Assembly: GCA_021155885.1 (NCBI GenBank)
Contig: JAJNBB010000004.1
Coordinates: 5,725-69,724, forward strand
Source: Fibrobacteria bacterium
Lineage (GTDB): Bacteria; Fibrobacterota; Fibrobacteria; UBA11236
Direction of reading: 5' to 3'
Length of the DNA stretch: 64,000 nucleotides
Every line of letters starts with the position of its first letter. Position 1 is the first letter of the stretch. Shown here piece by piece: positions 35,330 to 45,143 of the stretch. Both the position numbers and the translations under genes were made by a program. Below the pieces are notes generated by a model. The model was not told the origin of the DNA. It searched no databases and worked only from the letters and a program-made list of their open reading frames with translations.

Positions 35330-35544
35330 GATGACATCCTTTCGCCGCGCCGGCGGACCGGGAGGCAGGTTCGGAATCCCCGGTTAAAGGGACCCGGAGG
35401 GCTCCGGGGGAAACCCCGAAAGCGGACTGAAACCTAACCCAACCGCAGGCCTCGCGCAAGGACTAAAATCGGGTATTTTCACCCAAAAATGGGCCAAAAC
35501 CGGGCGATTTATTCTCAAAACGCCCCCTTTTTGGAAGATTCCCG

Positions 35545-37152
35545 TTATTGTCCGAAGTTGAGATCGACCAGGCTGATCTGGCCGGGCTCGGGGGATCCCA
35601 GCAGCATTTTGACCTCGAAGGCGCGGGATCTTTGCTGGGCGAGAATGCGGAGGGCCGCCGGGTATACGCCCTCGTCGAGGACGATGATGACGCCCTGAAG
35701 CTCCAGCTTGCGCGTGAGGCTGGCCAGGGACTCGATGTCGCCGATGACGTTGGACCGCACCTCGGATGGAACCGGCCCGGCGGGGAACTGGATGAAGCCC
35801 ACGCATTCATACCCCGCGAGGCCGTCATCCTGGATGAGCCGGGCCAAGGCGAGCGCGCGCGGACCCGTGCCCAAGATGGCTACGCGCTTGGCCCCGGCCA
35901 TGATGCGCCGGAACAGCTTTCCCCCGTGATCGGCGATCCAACGCCAGCCGGTCACCCACAAAATGCTGGCCAGCGCGGTGAGGCCGAAGGCGATGCGCGA
36001 ATATCCCTGCTCGCGGACGAAGAAACTGAAGGAGAAAAAGGCGAGGAACCCGATGACGGACGCCACGAAGACGGAGCGCGGGCGCGCGACCCGGGCGCCG
36101 TATTCGCCGAGGTAGGCGAGGGGCAGGAGCACCGCCACCGACGCCAGCACGTGCGAGAGCAGGTAGAGCCCGGCGTTGCTTAGCGCGACGTGCGGGATGT
36201 CGCGCGCCCGGTGGTACCCCAGCACGATCACGCCGAGGATCAGGTTGACCCCGATCAAGTCGGCCATCCAGCGCGGCCACTTCAGGAAGCGCGAAGTGAT
36301 GAAGTTGGCGAGCGCGAGTCCGCCCACGCCCAGGGTAAGCAGCATCGAGGGAAGGGTCCGCAATTCCAGGTGCTTCCTGGAAAAGATGATCATGGCTTCG
36401 TGGAAATAGAGAAGGGACAGGAAGGGGCGGCTTTTGGCGCTTTCGCCCTTGAAGTGTATCACTTGCGTCGCGGGATGATAATAATTGATGCGGCCCGTGA
36501 GCTTGACGCGAAAGCACAGGTCCAGATCCTCGCCGTACATGAAAAAATCCTCGTCGAACCCCCCGATCTCGGCGAAGACCTCGGCGCGGATGCAGAGGAA
36601 GGAGCCGGACACGGCGTCCACCTCGTGCGTCTGGTTTTCGTCGAGGTAGGTCAGGTTGTAGCGGCCGAACACGCGGCTCCGGGGGAAAAGGCTGCCGAGG
36701 CCGATGAACTTGTACGCGGCCACGCGCGGCGAGGGGAAGCTGCGCTTCGAGGCGGCCTGCAGGGAGCCGTCCCGGTTGACGATCTTGCAGCCGGCCACGC
36801 CGGCGTTGGGGGTCGCCGCGAAGAAGTCGCGCATCACGCGCAGGGTATCCTCCCGGACCAAGGTGTCCGGGTTCAGAAAGAGAAGGAGCTCCTGCGTCGC
36901 CACGGCCGCGCCGCGGTTGCATCCGGTGCCGAAGCCCAGGTTCCGGTCGGAGGCGATCCACACGACGCCGGGCCAGCGGGGGCGCAAAAGGGAAACGGTG
37001 GCGTCGCGCGAGGCGTTGTCGAAGACGATGACCTCGACGGTTCCGTCGAACGCGGCGGCGGCATGGTGCAGGCTCTGCAGGCAGGCGTCCAGGATTTCCC
37101 GGACGTTGTACGACACGATGACGACGGAAACGCCGCCGCCGCGGAGACTCAC
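35545..37152 (-). CDS. GT2 glycosyltransferase fused to a multi-TM plus Rossmann-like module
   Basis: The N-terminus is GT2 (VSVVIVSYNVREILDACLQSL, FDNASRD). The middle has about 5 hydrophobic helices. The C-terminus (KRVAILGTGPRALALARLIQDDGLAGYECVGFI) resembles the N-terminal half of polyprenyl-phosphate sugar transferases. The GTG start (37150-37152) overlaps the upstream stop (GTGA). Confidence 0.7.
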   Translation of the reverse strand: MSLRGGGVSVVIVSYNVREILDACLQSLHHAAAAFDGTVEVIVFDNASRDATVSLLRPRWPGVVWIASDRNLGFGTGCNRGAAVATQELLLFLNPDTLVREDTLRVMRDFFAATPNAGVAGCKIVNRDGSLQAASKRSFPSPRVAAYKFIGLGSLFPRSRVFGRYNLTYLDENQTHEVDAVSGSFLCIRAEVFAEIGGFDEDFFMYGEDLDLCFRVKLTGRINYYHPATQVIHFKGESAKSRPFLSLLYFHEAMIIFSRKHLELRTLPSMLLTLGVGGLALANFITSRFLKWPRWMADLIGVNLILGVIVLGYHRARDIPHVALSNAGLYLLSHVLASVAVLLPLAYLGEYGARVARPRSVFVASVIGFLAFFSFSFFVREQGYSRIAFGLTALASILWVTGWRWIADHGGKLFRRIMAGAKRVAILGTGPRALALARLIQDDGLAGYECVGFIQFPAGPVPSEVRSNVIGDIESLASLTRKLELQGVIIVLDEGVYPAALRILAQQRSRAFEVKMLLGSPEPGQISLVDLNFGQ

Positions 37153-37856
37153 CGCCCGCCCCCGAGCCGCAGGCGCACCAGCAGGAAAAGGGCCTCGCGG
37201 ATGATGCCGCCCGACATTTTCGAGGTTCCGGCCGTGCGGTCCTTGAAGATGATCGGGATCTCCTGGAGGCGGCAGCCCTTTTTCCAGAGCTTGTAGTTCA
37301 CCTCGATCTGGAAGGAGTAGCCGCCGGAGCTGATGGCGTCCAGGTCGAGCCGGCGGAGGGCCGACACCCGGAAGCACTTGAATCCGCCCGTGGCGTCGCG
37401 CACGGGCATTCCGGTGATCCAGCGGGCGTACATGTTGGCGAAGTAGCTGAGCAGGAGCCGGCTCATCGGCCAGTTCACGACGTTGACGCCGTTGATGTAG
37501 CGGCTGCCGATCACGAGGTCGGCGTCGCGGATCGCCTCCAGGAAATCGGCGATGTAGGCGGGGTCGTGGGAAAAGTCCGCGTCCATTTCGAACACGTAGT
37601 CGTAATTTTTTTCCAGCGCGTAACGGAAGCCGCGCACATAGGCGGATCCCAGCCCCTGCTTGCCGGACCGCTCGATCAGGTGAAGGTGGGGCTTCGAAGC
37701 CTGCTGCCCCCGCACCCAGGCGCCGGTTCCGTCGGGGGAGCCGTCGTCGACGACCAGGATCTCGAGGCCGAGATTCAAGGACTCCAGCGCGGGAATCATG
37801 CGCGGGAGATTTTCAATCTCGTTGTAGGTCGGGATGATGATGAGCGTTTTGGACAT
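37149..37856 (-). CDS. polyprenol-phosphate mannosyltransferase-like GT2 (Ppm1/DPM1 type)
   Basis: TLIIIPTYNEIENL, ILVVDDGSPDGT, YVFEMDADFSHDP and GSRY are present, which is the typical soluble Ppm1 layout. Confidence 0.85.
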   Translation of the reverse strand: MSKTLIIIPTYNEIENLPRMIPALESLNLGLEILVVDDGSPDGTGAWVRGQQASKPHLHLIERSGKQGLGSAYVRGFRYALEKNYDYVFEMDADFSHDPAYIADFLEAIRDADLVIGSRYINGVNVVNWPMSRLLLSYFANMYARWITGMPVRDATGGFKCFRVSALRRLDLDAISSGGYSFQIEVNYKLWKKGCRLQEIPIIFKDRTAGTSKMSGGIIREALFLLVRLRLGGGR

Positions 37857-37931
37857 GCGGGATCCCGGCCGGGCGTTGGTGTGCTTTCGGACGGCTTAAT
37901 ATAGAAGGATGGGGGGCGGGGCGCCCGGTAT

Positions 37932-38792
37932 TCAGGCCGTCCGGAGCTGCTCGCGCAGGCCGCTGAAGCGGAAGCCCGTGTCGCGCGCCAGCTTTTCGCA
38001 GACAAGGCCCCCGTTCATGGGGCGCGCGGCGGCCAGGGACAGGCCGGACGAGTCGATGGGCCGGACAAGCGAAGCGTCGAGGCCGTAAAATTCCGCGACC
38101 TGCAGGGCCCATTCGTAGCGGCTCATGAGGTCCCGGCCCGCGGCGTGGTAAAGCCCGGTGCGCCCGCGGGCGAGGAGGGTCCACACCGCCGAGGCGAGCT
38201 CGCGCGCCAGCGTGGGGTTCCCGATCTGGTCCGTCACGGCGCGAACGGGCTTGCCCGCTTCGAGGGTTTCACGGACGAATTCCGTGAAGCTTTTTTTCGC
38301 GCCCTTCTCGAGCCCCCACACGAGCGTGGTCCTTACGACCAGCCCTTCTTTCGAGGACAAGGTGATGGCTTCCGCCTCGAGCTTGGACCGGCCGTACCGG
38401 CTGATCGGGTGAACGGGGGCCTCCTCGTCGTAGGGGCCGGCCTCGCCGTCGAAGACGTAGTCGGTAGAGATTTGCACGACGGGAATGCCCGTCTCCACCA
38501 TCCAGCGCACCGCGTCCCGATTGACCCGGTCGCATTGCGCGGGGTCCCGTTCGCATCCGTCCACGTCGGTATAGGCGGCCGCGTTGAGGATGAGGTCGGG
38601 CTTGACGTCGCGGCGCACGAAGTCCCAGGTGGCGGGCTCGGCCGCGTCGAGGGCGTGGTAGGCGGAAAGCAGCCCGGGCAGGGCGGGTGCGGGGTGCCGG
38701 GAGGATCCGATCATTTCGTGGCCGAGGCCGGCCGAGGTTCTCAGCAGGTTTTGTCCCAGCAGGCCGTCGCACCCCGCGAGGAAAATCTTCAT
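37932..38792 (-). CDS. RmlD-like NAD(P)-dependent sugar reductase (dTDP-4-dehydrorhamnose reductase family)
   Basis: The N-terminus is MKIFLAGCDGLLGQNL. Further motifs are AAYTDVDGCE, ISTDYVFDG and the YGRSKLEAE catalytic motif. Confidence 0.8.
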   Translation of the reverse strand: MKIFLAGCDGLLGQNLLRTSAGLGHEMIGSSRHPAPALPGLLSAYHALDAAEPATWDFVRRDVKPDLILNAAAYTDVDGCERDPAQCDRVNRDAVRWMVETGIPVVQISTDYVFDGEAGPYDEEAPVHPISRYGRSKLEAEAITLSSKEGLVVRTTLVWGLEKGAKKSFTEFVRETLEAGKPVRAVTDQIGNPTLARELASAVWTLLARGRTGLYHAAGRDLMSRYEWALQVAEFYGLDASLVRPIDSSGLSLAAARPMNGGLVCEKLARDTGFRFSGLREQLRTA

Positions 38793-38802
38793 GGCGCCGC
38801 GC

Positions 38803-39750
38803 TCATGGCGTCGGAGGAGCGCCGAAGGTCGAGGCCGCGATGGCCGGCGGGGGGCTTTCGCGCGCGAAGCGCTGGTTGATCATCTCCCCCAACAGGCCGA
38901 TGGAGGCGAACTGCACCCCGACGAACATGGACAGGACGCCGGCCAGCATCAGCGGGCGGACGTGCAGCTGGCCGGAGACGGCCCAGTCGACCACGAAACC
39001 CAGCAGCACGCCGAACCCCACCAGCGCGAACAACAGGCCCACGAAGCCGAACAGGTGCATCGGCCGCCGCGTATAACGGTGCAGGAACACCAGCGTGACC
39101 AGGTCGAAAAGGCCGTTGCTCAGGCGCGCCCAGCCGTACTTGGAGCTTCCGAACCGGCGGGCGCGGTGCTCCACGACCTTCTCGGCCACCTTGAAGCCGT
39201 CCCAATGCGCGAGCACGGGGATGTAACGATGCATCTCGCCGTACAGGTCGAGGCTCTTGACCACCTCGGCGCGATAGGCCTTGAGACCGCAGTTGAAGTC
39301 GTTGAGGCGCAGGCCCGACACCGAGCTGGTGACGGAATTGAACAGCTTCGACGGCACCGTCTTGTGCCAGGGATCGTGGCGGATTTTTTTCCAGCCCGAA
39401 ACCATGTCGGCGCCGTCCTCGAGCAGGCGGATGAGTCCCGGGATCTCGGCGGGGTTGTCCTGCAGGTCGGCGTCCAGGGTGATGATATAGCGGCCCCGGG
39501 CGCGGCGGAATCCCTCGGCCAGCGCCGCCGCCTTCCCGCTGTTGCGGCGGAAGCGCACGGCCTGCACGCGGCCGTCGCGGGCGTGCTCCGCGGCCGCCAC
39601 CTCGTAGGTTCCGTCGGTGCTGCCGTCGTCGATCACCAGCGCCTCGTAGTCGACGCCCGCCCCCTCGCACACGGCACGGATCTCCTCGAGCAGCAGCGGG
39701 ATGCTTTCGGCCTCGTTATAAGCGGGAATGACCAGGGATAGCTGCTTCAC
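38803..39750 (-). CDS. membrane-anchored GT2, GtrB/ArnC-type polyprenyl-phosphate glycosyltransferase
   Basis: LSLVIPAYNEAESI, LVIDDGSTDGT and ITLDADLQD are followed by two C-terminal TM helices. The GTG start (cac at 39748-39750) overlaps the upstream stop (GTGA). I trimmed the start from 40689. Confidence 0.8.
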   Translation of the reverse strand: MKQLSLVIPAYNEAESIPLLLEEIRAVCEGAGVDYEALVIDDGSTDGTYEVAAAEHARDGRVQAVRFRRNSGKAAALAEGFRRARGRYIITLDADLQDNPAEIPGLIRLLEDGADMVSGWKKIRHDPWHKTVPSKLFNSVTSSVSGLRLNDFNCGLKAYRAEVVKSLDLYGEMHRYIPVLAHWDGFKVAEKVVEHRARRFGSSKYGWARLSNGLFDLVTLVFLHRYTRRPMHLFGFVGLLFALVGFGVLLGFVVDWAVSGQLHVRPLMLAGVLSMFVGVQFASIGLLGEMINQRFARESPPPAIAASTFGAPPTP

Positions 39751-40766
39751 GGGGAATTCCAGGGTTTGTGGGACGGACGAAAAACAAAGTAAAATCCGCC
39801 GCCGAGCATGGCCACCATGCCGACTACGGTGGGTAAAAAGGCCAGCGCCGCCGCCGCCGCCTCGGGGTCGAATCCCGGGCTCGTCGCGACCAGCACGCCG
39901 GGAAGGGCGTAGAGATAGGTTCCCAGGCCCTGCGGCACTCCCCAGCCGCCCACGTTCAGCGGCAGGACGCCGGTCAGGGCGATGAGGGGGATGAAGGCGA
40001 AAAAGAAGACGGGCGCCAGCGACAGGTGCAGCGCCCACGCGCTGAACGCGCTGACGGAGATGCGCATCAACTGCACCGCGCAGGCGATCAGGAACACGTA
40101 GCCGATGCGGCCCCAGCGGGCCTTGTAGGCCATGAGCGCCTCCTCGATCTTGGCGTGCAGGTTTCCGAGCTTCTCCATGCCGAGCGAGTGGATCACCATG
40201 CGCAGCGCGCCCGAAAGGCGGCGGCTGAGAAGCAGGAGCAGGATCGCGACGAAGGCGGCGGAAACCGCGAGGACCGCCTGCATCAGGTGAAGCAGCAGAC
40301 CGGCGGGCAGGGCCCGCTGCCGGAACTCGAAGGCGAGCGCCAGCAGCGAAAAAAACGACAGGGCGCTGAAACCCATCAGGCGGTCGAGGAGGGTCGAGGC
40401 CGCGGCCCTGCCGAAGGATCCCTCGCGCTTGTGCACGTCGTAAACGCGGAGGGCGTCGCCGCCCACCGTGCCCGGCAAAAAGTTGTTGAGGAACATGCCC
40501 GAGTAGTAGGAGCGGAAGCAGGCCTTGAATCCGTAATCGATTCCCTGGATGCGCAGGAGAAGATGCCATTGGTAGGCGCCCGCGACGATGGACAACAGGA
40601 AAATGCCCAGGGCCGCCAGCAGCCATCCGGGATCGGCCGCCAGCAGGGCGTGGGCGATGCGCGCGCGCCCGTTGTTCTCGACCACCCACCAGAGGATGGC
40701 CGCGACCGCGGCGACCCGCAGCCAGAACCAGGCGCGCCGGCGCGCGGGGGAGGAAGCCTTCGTCAT
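39747..40766 (-). CDS. flippase-like membrane protein (LPG-synthase TM / UPF0104 family)
   Basis: A multi-TM protein with the family block YYSGMFLNNFLPGTVGGDALRVYDV. The start MTKASSPARRRAWFW at 40766 overlaps the upstream stop (ATGA). Confidence 0.7.
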   Translation of the reverse strand: MTKASSPARRRAWFWLRVAAVAAILWWVVENNGRARIAHALLAADPGWLLAALGIFLLSIVAGAYQWHLLLRIQGIDYGFKACFRSYYSGMFLNNFLPGTVGGDALRVYDVHKREGSFGRAAASTLLDRLMGFSALSFFSLLALAFEFRQRALPAGLLLHLMQAVLAVSAAFVAILLLLLSRRLSGALRMVIHSLGMEKLGNLHAKIEEALMAYKARWGRIGYVFLIACAVQLMRISVSAFSAWALHLSLAPVFFFAFIPLIALTGVLPLNVGGWGVPQGLGTYLYALPGVLVATSPGFDPEAAAAALAFLPTVVGMVAMLGGGFYFVFRPSHKPWNSP

Positions 40767-41905
40767 GCCGCCTCCCGGCCCTTCCAGGCGCGCAGCAGCA
40801 CCTCGCGCGTCACGGCAAAGGTGCGCTCCCAGCCGTGCGCCGCCGCCCACTCCAGGGCGCCCGCGCGCAGCCGCGCGGCGAGGCCGGGATTTTCCAGGAT
40901 CGAGGCGATGGCCGAGGCGAAGGCTTCCGCGTCGAGCGGGGGCACGCGCAGGCCCGTTTCGCCGTGGCGCACGCTGTCGCGCAGGCCCGGGGAATCGGCG
41001 GCGACCACGGGCGCGCCGCAGGCGTTCGCCTCGATCGAGGTGAGGCCCCACCCTTCCTTCAGCGAGGGGTTCACGAACACGGCGGCCTCGTTATACAGGC
41101 GGATTTTCTCGTCTCCCGCGACGAAGCCGCGAAACTCCACGGCGTCGGCGATCGCGAGGTCGCGGGCCTGTTTTTCCAGCGAGGCGCGGTGGTTGCCGTC
41201 CCCGCCGATGACGAGGCGCGCTTCGGGCAAGGTGCGCCGCAGGATCGCGAAGGCGCGGAGCAGGGTGTCGACGTTCTTGTAGCGCATCAGGCGGCCCACG
41301 TGGACGATCAGGAAGGGGTCGCGGACGGCGCCGGGAAGCACGCGGTAGCGCTCCGGGTCGACGCCGTTGACGGCCACGGCGATGTCGCGCAGACCCTTGG
41401 CTTCCAGCTCCGCGCGCGTACTCGGCGAGACGGTCAGGACGGGCACGCCGCGGTAGGCGAACCGTATCAGGCCCTCGAACAAAAAAACGTACAGCGCCGA
41501 CAGGGGGTTGGTTTCGCGGAAGATCGCGGCGCCGAACAGATGGTGGAAGCGCGCCACCACGGGCACCGGGCTGATCCACGGGAGCAGGAACGGGATCTTG
41601 TTGGAGTCGTCGATCACGACGTCGATACGGTGGCGCCGGATCCAGCGCCGCAACCCGAAGAGCGCGGTGTAATTGAAAAGAAAGGGGCCGCCCGCGCGGT
41701 GTATCTCCACGCCGTCCACGGTCTCCACCGGCCGGCAGCCGGGAAAGGCGTGGGCGTACTGGACGCAGGGGAAGCCGTCGCGCACAAGCCGGCGCGCGAC
41801 CTCCTGCAGGTGAAGTTCCGCGCCGCCCGCGGCGGGATTCCGGATATCCCGCCAATTGACGATCAGAATCCTGGGCCGCGGCCCTGGCGCGCCCGGCGTC
41901 GGCAT
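40763..41905 (-). CDS. glycosyltransferase family 4 (GT-B, Glycos_transf_1)
   Basis: The N-terminus has ILIVNWRDIRNPAAGGAELH. The C-terminus has EGWGLTSIEANACGAPVVAADSPGLRDSVRHGETGL. Confidence 0.85.
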   Translation of the reverse strand: MPTPGAPGPRPRILIVNWRDIRNPAAGGAELHLQEVARRLVRDGFPCVQYAHAFPGCRPVETVDGVEIHRAGGPFLFNYTALFGLRRWIRRHRIDVVIDDSNKIPFLLPWISPVPVVARFHHLFGAAIFRETNPLSALYVFLFEGLIRFAYRGVPVLTVSPSTRAELEAKGLRDIAVAVNGVDPERYRVLPGAVRDPFLIVHVGRLMRYKNVDTLLRAFAILRRTLPEARLVIGGDGNHRASLEKQARDLAIADAVEFRGFVAGDEKIRLYNEAAVFVNPSLKEGWGLTSIEANACGAPVVAADSPGLRDSVRHGETGLRVPPLDAEAFASAIASILENPGLAARLRAGALEWAAAHGWERTFAVTREVLLRAWKGREAA

Positions 41906-41906
41906 C

Positions 41907-44690
41907 CTACTTCAGCGGAAGTCCGGACTTCGGCGCCTCGACCGGAGCGGGAGCCGGCGGCGCGGCCTGCATCGCCGCCTCCACCTGCTGCAGCTGCTGG
42001 GTGACGGCCTGCGCGTATTCGTGGGCGGGATTGAGCTTGAGCCAGGCCGCCAGGACGTCGCGGGCCTTGGCAAGGTCGCCCCGCTGGCGGTGGATCTCGG
42101 AAAGGCCGAAGGCGATCTCCAAGTCTTCCGGGAAGCGCTGGCGCATGCCCTCGAGCGCCTTCGCCGCCTCTTCCAGCCGTCCCTGCTGCGCGTACAACTG
42201 CGCGAGGTTCATGGCGAAGATCTTGGCGTTGGGGCCGGGGGTCTTCATGCCTTCCTGGAAGGCCGAATCGGCGCGCGCCGTGTCCCCCGCCTGCAGATAA
42301 AGCTGGCCCGCATAATAGTGGACGCGCCATTCGTTCGGCAAGATGGTGGCGTTCAGCTTCAGGTACTTGCCGGCGAAGGCGAGCATGGCCTCCTTCTGCC
42401 GCTCCAGCGCGGCGCGCTCCGCGGAACCCGCGGGCGCGGCGTTCAGGCGCGGGGTGATCTTCGCGAGGCTGTCCTGCGCCCAGGAGGCGAGGCGGAAGTT
42501 GGTGGCCGAGTAGTTGGTCAGCAGGCCCTCGGTGTTCCGGTCGATGTGGACCTTCGGGTCGCCCAGGCCGCGGAAGCGGTAGACCGAATCCACGAGGCGG
42601 GCGGTGGCGGCCACGTCGATCTGGCGATTGCGCGGCTCCTCGACGAGGGTGTAGACCATGCCCTCCATGATGGTGAACTGGTCGAGGCCCATGGCGTTGT
42701 CGCCGCCGATGGTGACGGCGAAGTGCACCGGGCGCTCGGGGAAGTTGTTCTGCACGATGTGCAGCACCATGATGTCCTGCACGCGCAGATAGGGCAGCGG
42801 CTGCAGTGGATACCGGATCGCCGTGTTCGGGATGCCGACCTCGACCGGGCCCTTGAAGCGCCAGGCCTGCGGCTGCAGGGCGTCGATCTCGGCCGCGGTG
42901 AAGCCGATCTTGAGCGCCGGCGGGTGCTCGGTCAGCTGGTGCATGTACCAGTTGGTGTTGACCAGCGACAGGTTCACGACGCGCACGTCCTTGCGGATGC
43001 CCTCCACCTCCTGCAGGAACCACAGAGGGAAGGTGTCGTTGTCCCCGTTGGTGAACAGGATCGAGTTCGGGCGACAGGAGTTCAGCAGGTTGTAGGCGTA
43101 GTCCCACGGCACGTAATCGCCCGTGCGGTTGTGCTCGCGATAGTTCGACCACAGCGGCACCGCCGCCGCGAGGACGACCAGGACCACGCCCAGCGGACGC
43201 AGCAGGAACCGGCGGCGCGTCGCCAGGGCGTTCAGGAGGAACGTCGCGGCGATGCCGAACAGCACGCCCATGTAGATGAAGCCGGGCGTATAGAAGTAGT
43301 CGCGTTCGCGCACTTCCATGTAGACAGGCGCGGGCTTCTGGTTGGGGTCGAAGCCGGTGGACTTCCAATACTCATAGTCGCGCAATTCCATTTGAGTGCC
43401 GTCGGCCATGTTGAGATAGAAGATGATCATGTAAGTCGTAATGAAGTACAGCCCGAAGAGGAACAGGCCGATATTTCGATTGCGCTTATACGCCAGCCAC
43501 ACGCCGTACAGGAAGGGCAGCTGCAGGAGCAGGAACAGGAAGAGCTGCGTGCGGGGGCTGCCCGCCAGGCTGTCGGTCAGGGCCCGGAAGGTGAAGGTCT
43601 TGCCGAACACGGTGCGCTCCACGACCTCGGGGGCCTCCGCGTCGCGCTCGCCGACCTTCCAGGGGAAATACTGGGCCAGCAGGTAGCCGCCGAAGCCCAT
43701 GTGCGGGTGCACCAGGATCTGGTTCTGCAGCTGGCCGCGGCGATGGAAGGCGCGCTTCAGCATCGACTCGGAGCCGTACTGCTTGCGCTCCAGGTATTCC
43801 TTGAACAGCGGCCAGGTGCGCGGTTCGCCCTCGTCGATGGTGACGTTGACGGAGGAACGGATGGGCACGTAGAGGTAGCTGGAGAACCCGAGCAGGGCGA
43901 CGAAGCACAGCCAGGCCGAGAGCGACCAGCGGCGGCGCCATTCGGGAGTCTTCGTCGCGAGCAGGGCGACGACGCAGAACAACAGCGTGCCCCCGGCGTA
44001 GAAGATGAAGTCGCCGATGTCGTAGATGATGGAAAGCAGCATCACGCCCGTCAGCATCAGGGGCACGTTGGTGCGCGTGCCCTTGTCGACCAGCAGGAAC
44101 AGGCCCACGACGGGGATGGTGATGAAAGAGAACGGATGGATGCCCTGGCCGAGGAAACCGAGGTAGCCGATCATCAGCAAGGTGCGGTCGGCGACGGGCG
44201 TGCCGCGGTGCTGGTACCAGTGCAGCGTCAGCCAGGAGATCGTCATCACCAGCAGCATCGAGGCGCCGTAGGCTTCGGCCTCGACGGCGCTGAACCACAC
44301 CGTGTCGCCGAAGCCGACGAGGAAGGCGCCGATCAGGCCGCCCGCGTAGAGCGCGAAGCGGTTGAGGCCGCCCGCGCGGAACAGCAGGCGCAGGCTCTTC
44401 AGGATGAAGAGGAAGGAAACCATCACCATCAGCGCGGTGGTCACGGTGGAAACGAAGTTGGCGCGGGCGGCCTTCTCGGCGAAGGGCACCACGATGATGA
44501 AGGCCCGCATGAGGAGCGTCAACAGGGGATTTCCGGGCGGGTGGGGGTTGCCCAGAATATTCGAGGCCGCGATCAACTCGCCGCAATCCCAGAAGGACAC
44601 CGTCGGCGCCATCGTGGAGAAATAGACGACGAAGGCGGCGAGGAACACCCCCAGCGCCAGCAATAGGTCCAGCTTCTTTTCTTTGAGCAT
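41907..44690 (-). CDS. DUF2723-family GT-C-like membrane glycosyltransferase with C-terminal TPR repeats
   Basis: The N-terminus FVVYFSTMAPTVSFWDCGELIAASNILGNPHPPGNPL is the DUF2723 signature as I recall it. It has at least 10 TM helices and a TPR-like tail (YYAGQLYLQAGDTARADSAFQEGM...). Confidence 0.8.
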   Translation of the reverse strand: MLKEKKLDLLLALGVFLAAFVVYFSTMAPTVSFWDCGELIAASNILGNPHPPGNPLLTLLMRAFIIVVPFAEKAARANFVSTVTTALMVMVSFLFILKSLRLLFRAGGLNRFALYAGGLIGAFLVGFGDTVWFSAVEAEAYGASMLLVMTISWLTLHWYQHRGTPVADRTLLMIGYLGFLGQGIHPFSFITIPVVGLFLLVDKGTRTNVPLMLTGVMLLSIIYDIGDFIFYAGGTLLFCVVALLATKTPEWRRRWSLSAWLCFVALLGFSSYLYVPIRSSVNVTIDEGEPRTWPLFKEYLERKQYGSESMLKRAFHRRGQLQNQILVHPHMGFGGYLLAQYFPWKVGERDAEAPEVVERTVFGKTFTFRALTDSLAGSPRTQLFLFLLLQLPFLYGVWLAYKRNRNIGLFLFGLYFITTYMIIFYLNMADGTQMELRDYEYWKSTGFDPNQKPAPVYMEVRERDYFYTPGFIYMGVLFGIAATFLLNALATRRRFLLRPLGVVLVVLAAAVPLWSNYREHNRTGDYVPWDYAYNLLNSCRPNSILFTNGDNDTFPLWFLQEVEGIRKDVRVVNLSLVNTNWYMHQLTEHPPALKIGFTAAEIDALQPQAWRFKGPVEVGIPNTAIRYPLQPLPYLRVQDIMVLHIVQNNFPERPVHFAVTIGGDNAMGLDQFTIMEGMVYTLVEEPRNRQIDVAATARLVDSVYRFRGLGDPKVHIDRNTEGLLTNYSATNFRLASWAQDSLAKITPRLNAAPAGSAERAALERQKEAMLAFAGKYLKLNATILPNEWRVHYYAGQLYLQAGDTARADSAFQEGMKTPGPNAKIFAMNLAQLYAQQGRLEEAAKALEGMRQRFPEDLEIAFGLSEIHRQRGDLAKARDVLAAWLKLNPAHEYAQAVTQQLQQVEAAMQAAPPAPAPVEAPKSGLPLK

Positions 44691-44708
44691 GCTGTTGTTC
44701 CTTGTTCC

Positions 44709-45143
44709 TTATTTTTCCGTTGCGGAGTTCGTTGAAGGCGTCTGCAGCTTCCGCGACACGGCGTCGAGGACCCCGTTCACGAAGCGGCTGCTGTTCTCGG
44801 TCGAAAATTTTCGGGCGATCTCCACCGCCTCGTTGATGCACACCTTGGCGGGCACGTCTGCCTCGGTCATCAGCTCGGCGATGGCCAGGCGCAGGATGAT
44901 GCGGTCCACGACCGCGATCCGCTCCACGTCCCAGCGCTCCGAGGTGTCCCCGATCAGCCCGTCGATCTCCTCCGCCCGCTTGCGCGCGGCGCGCGCCAGC
45001 TTCATGCCGTACTCGCGCATGTCGGGGGAAACGGGCTCGTCATGCAGCAGCGTATCGGCGGCCTTGTCGAGCGTGCTGTCCCCCACCTCGGAGGCGTACA
45101 GCGCCTGCAGGGCGAACTCCCGGCCCTTGCGGCGCGAGATCAT
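44709..45143 (-). CDS. nusB: transcription antitermination factor NusB
   Basis: RRKGREFALQALYASEV, WDVERIAVVDRIILRLAIAEL and INEAVEIARKFSTENSSRFVNGVLD are present. The start overlaps the ribH stop (ATGA). Confidence 0.9.
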   Translation of the reverse strand: MISRRKGREFALQALYASEVGDSTLDKAADTLLHDEPVSPDMREYGMKLARAARKRAEEIDGLIGDTSERWDVERIAVVDRIILRLAIAELMTEADVPAKVCINEAVEIARKFSTENSSRFVNGVLDAVSRKLQTPSTNSATEK

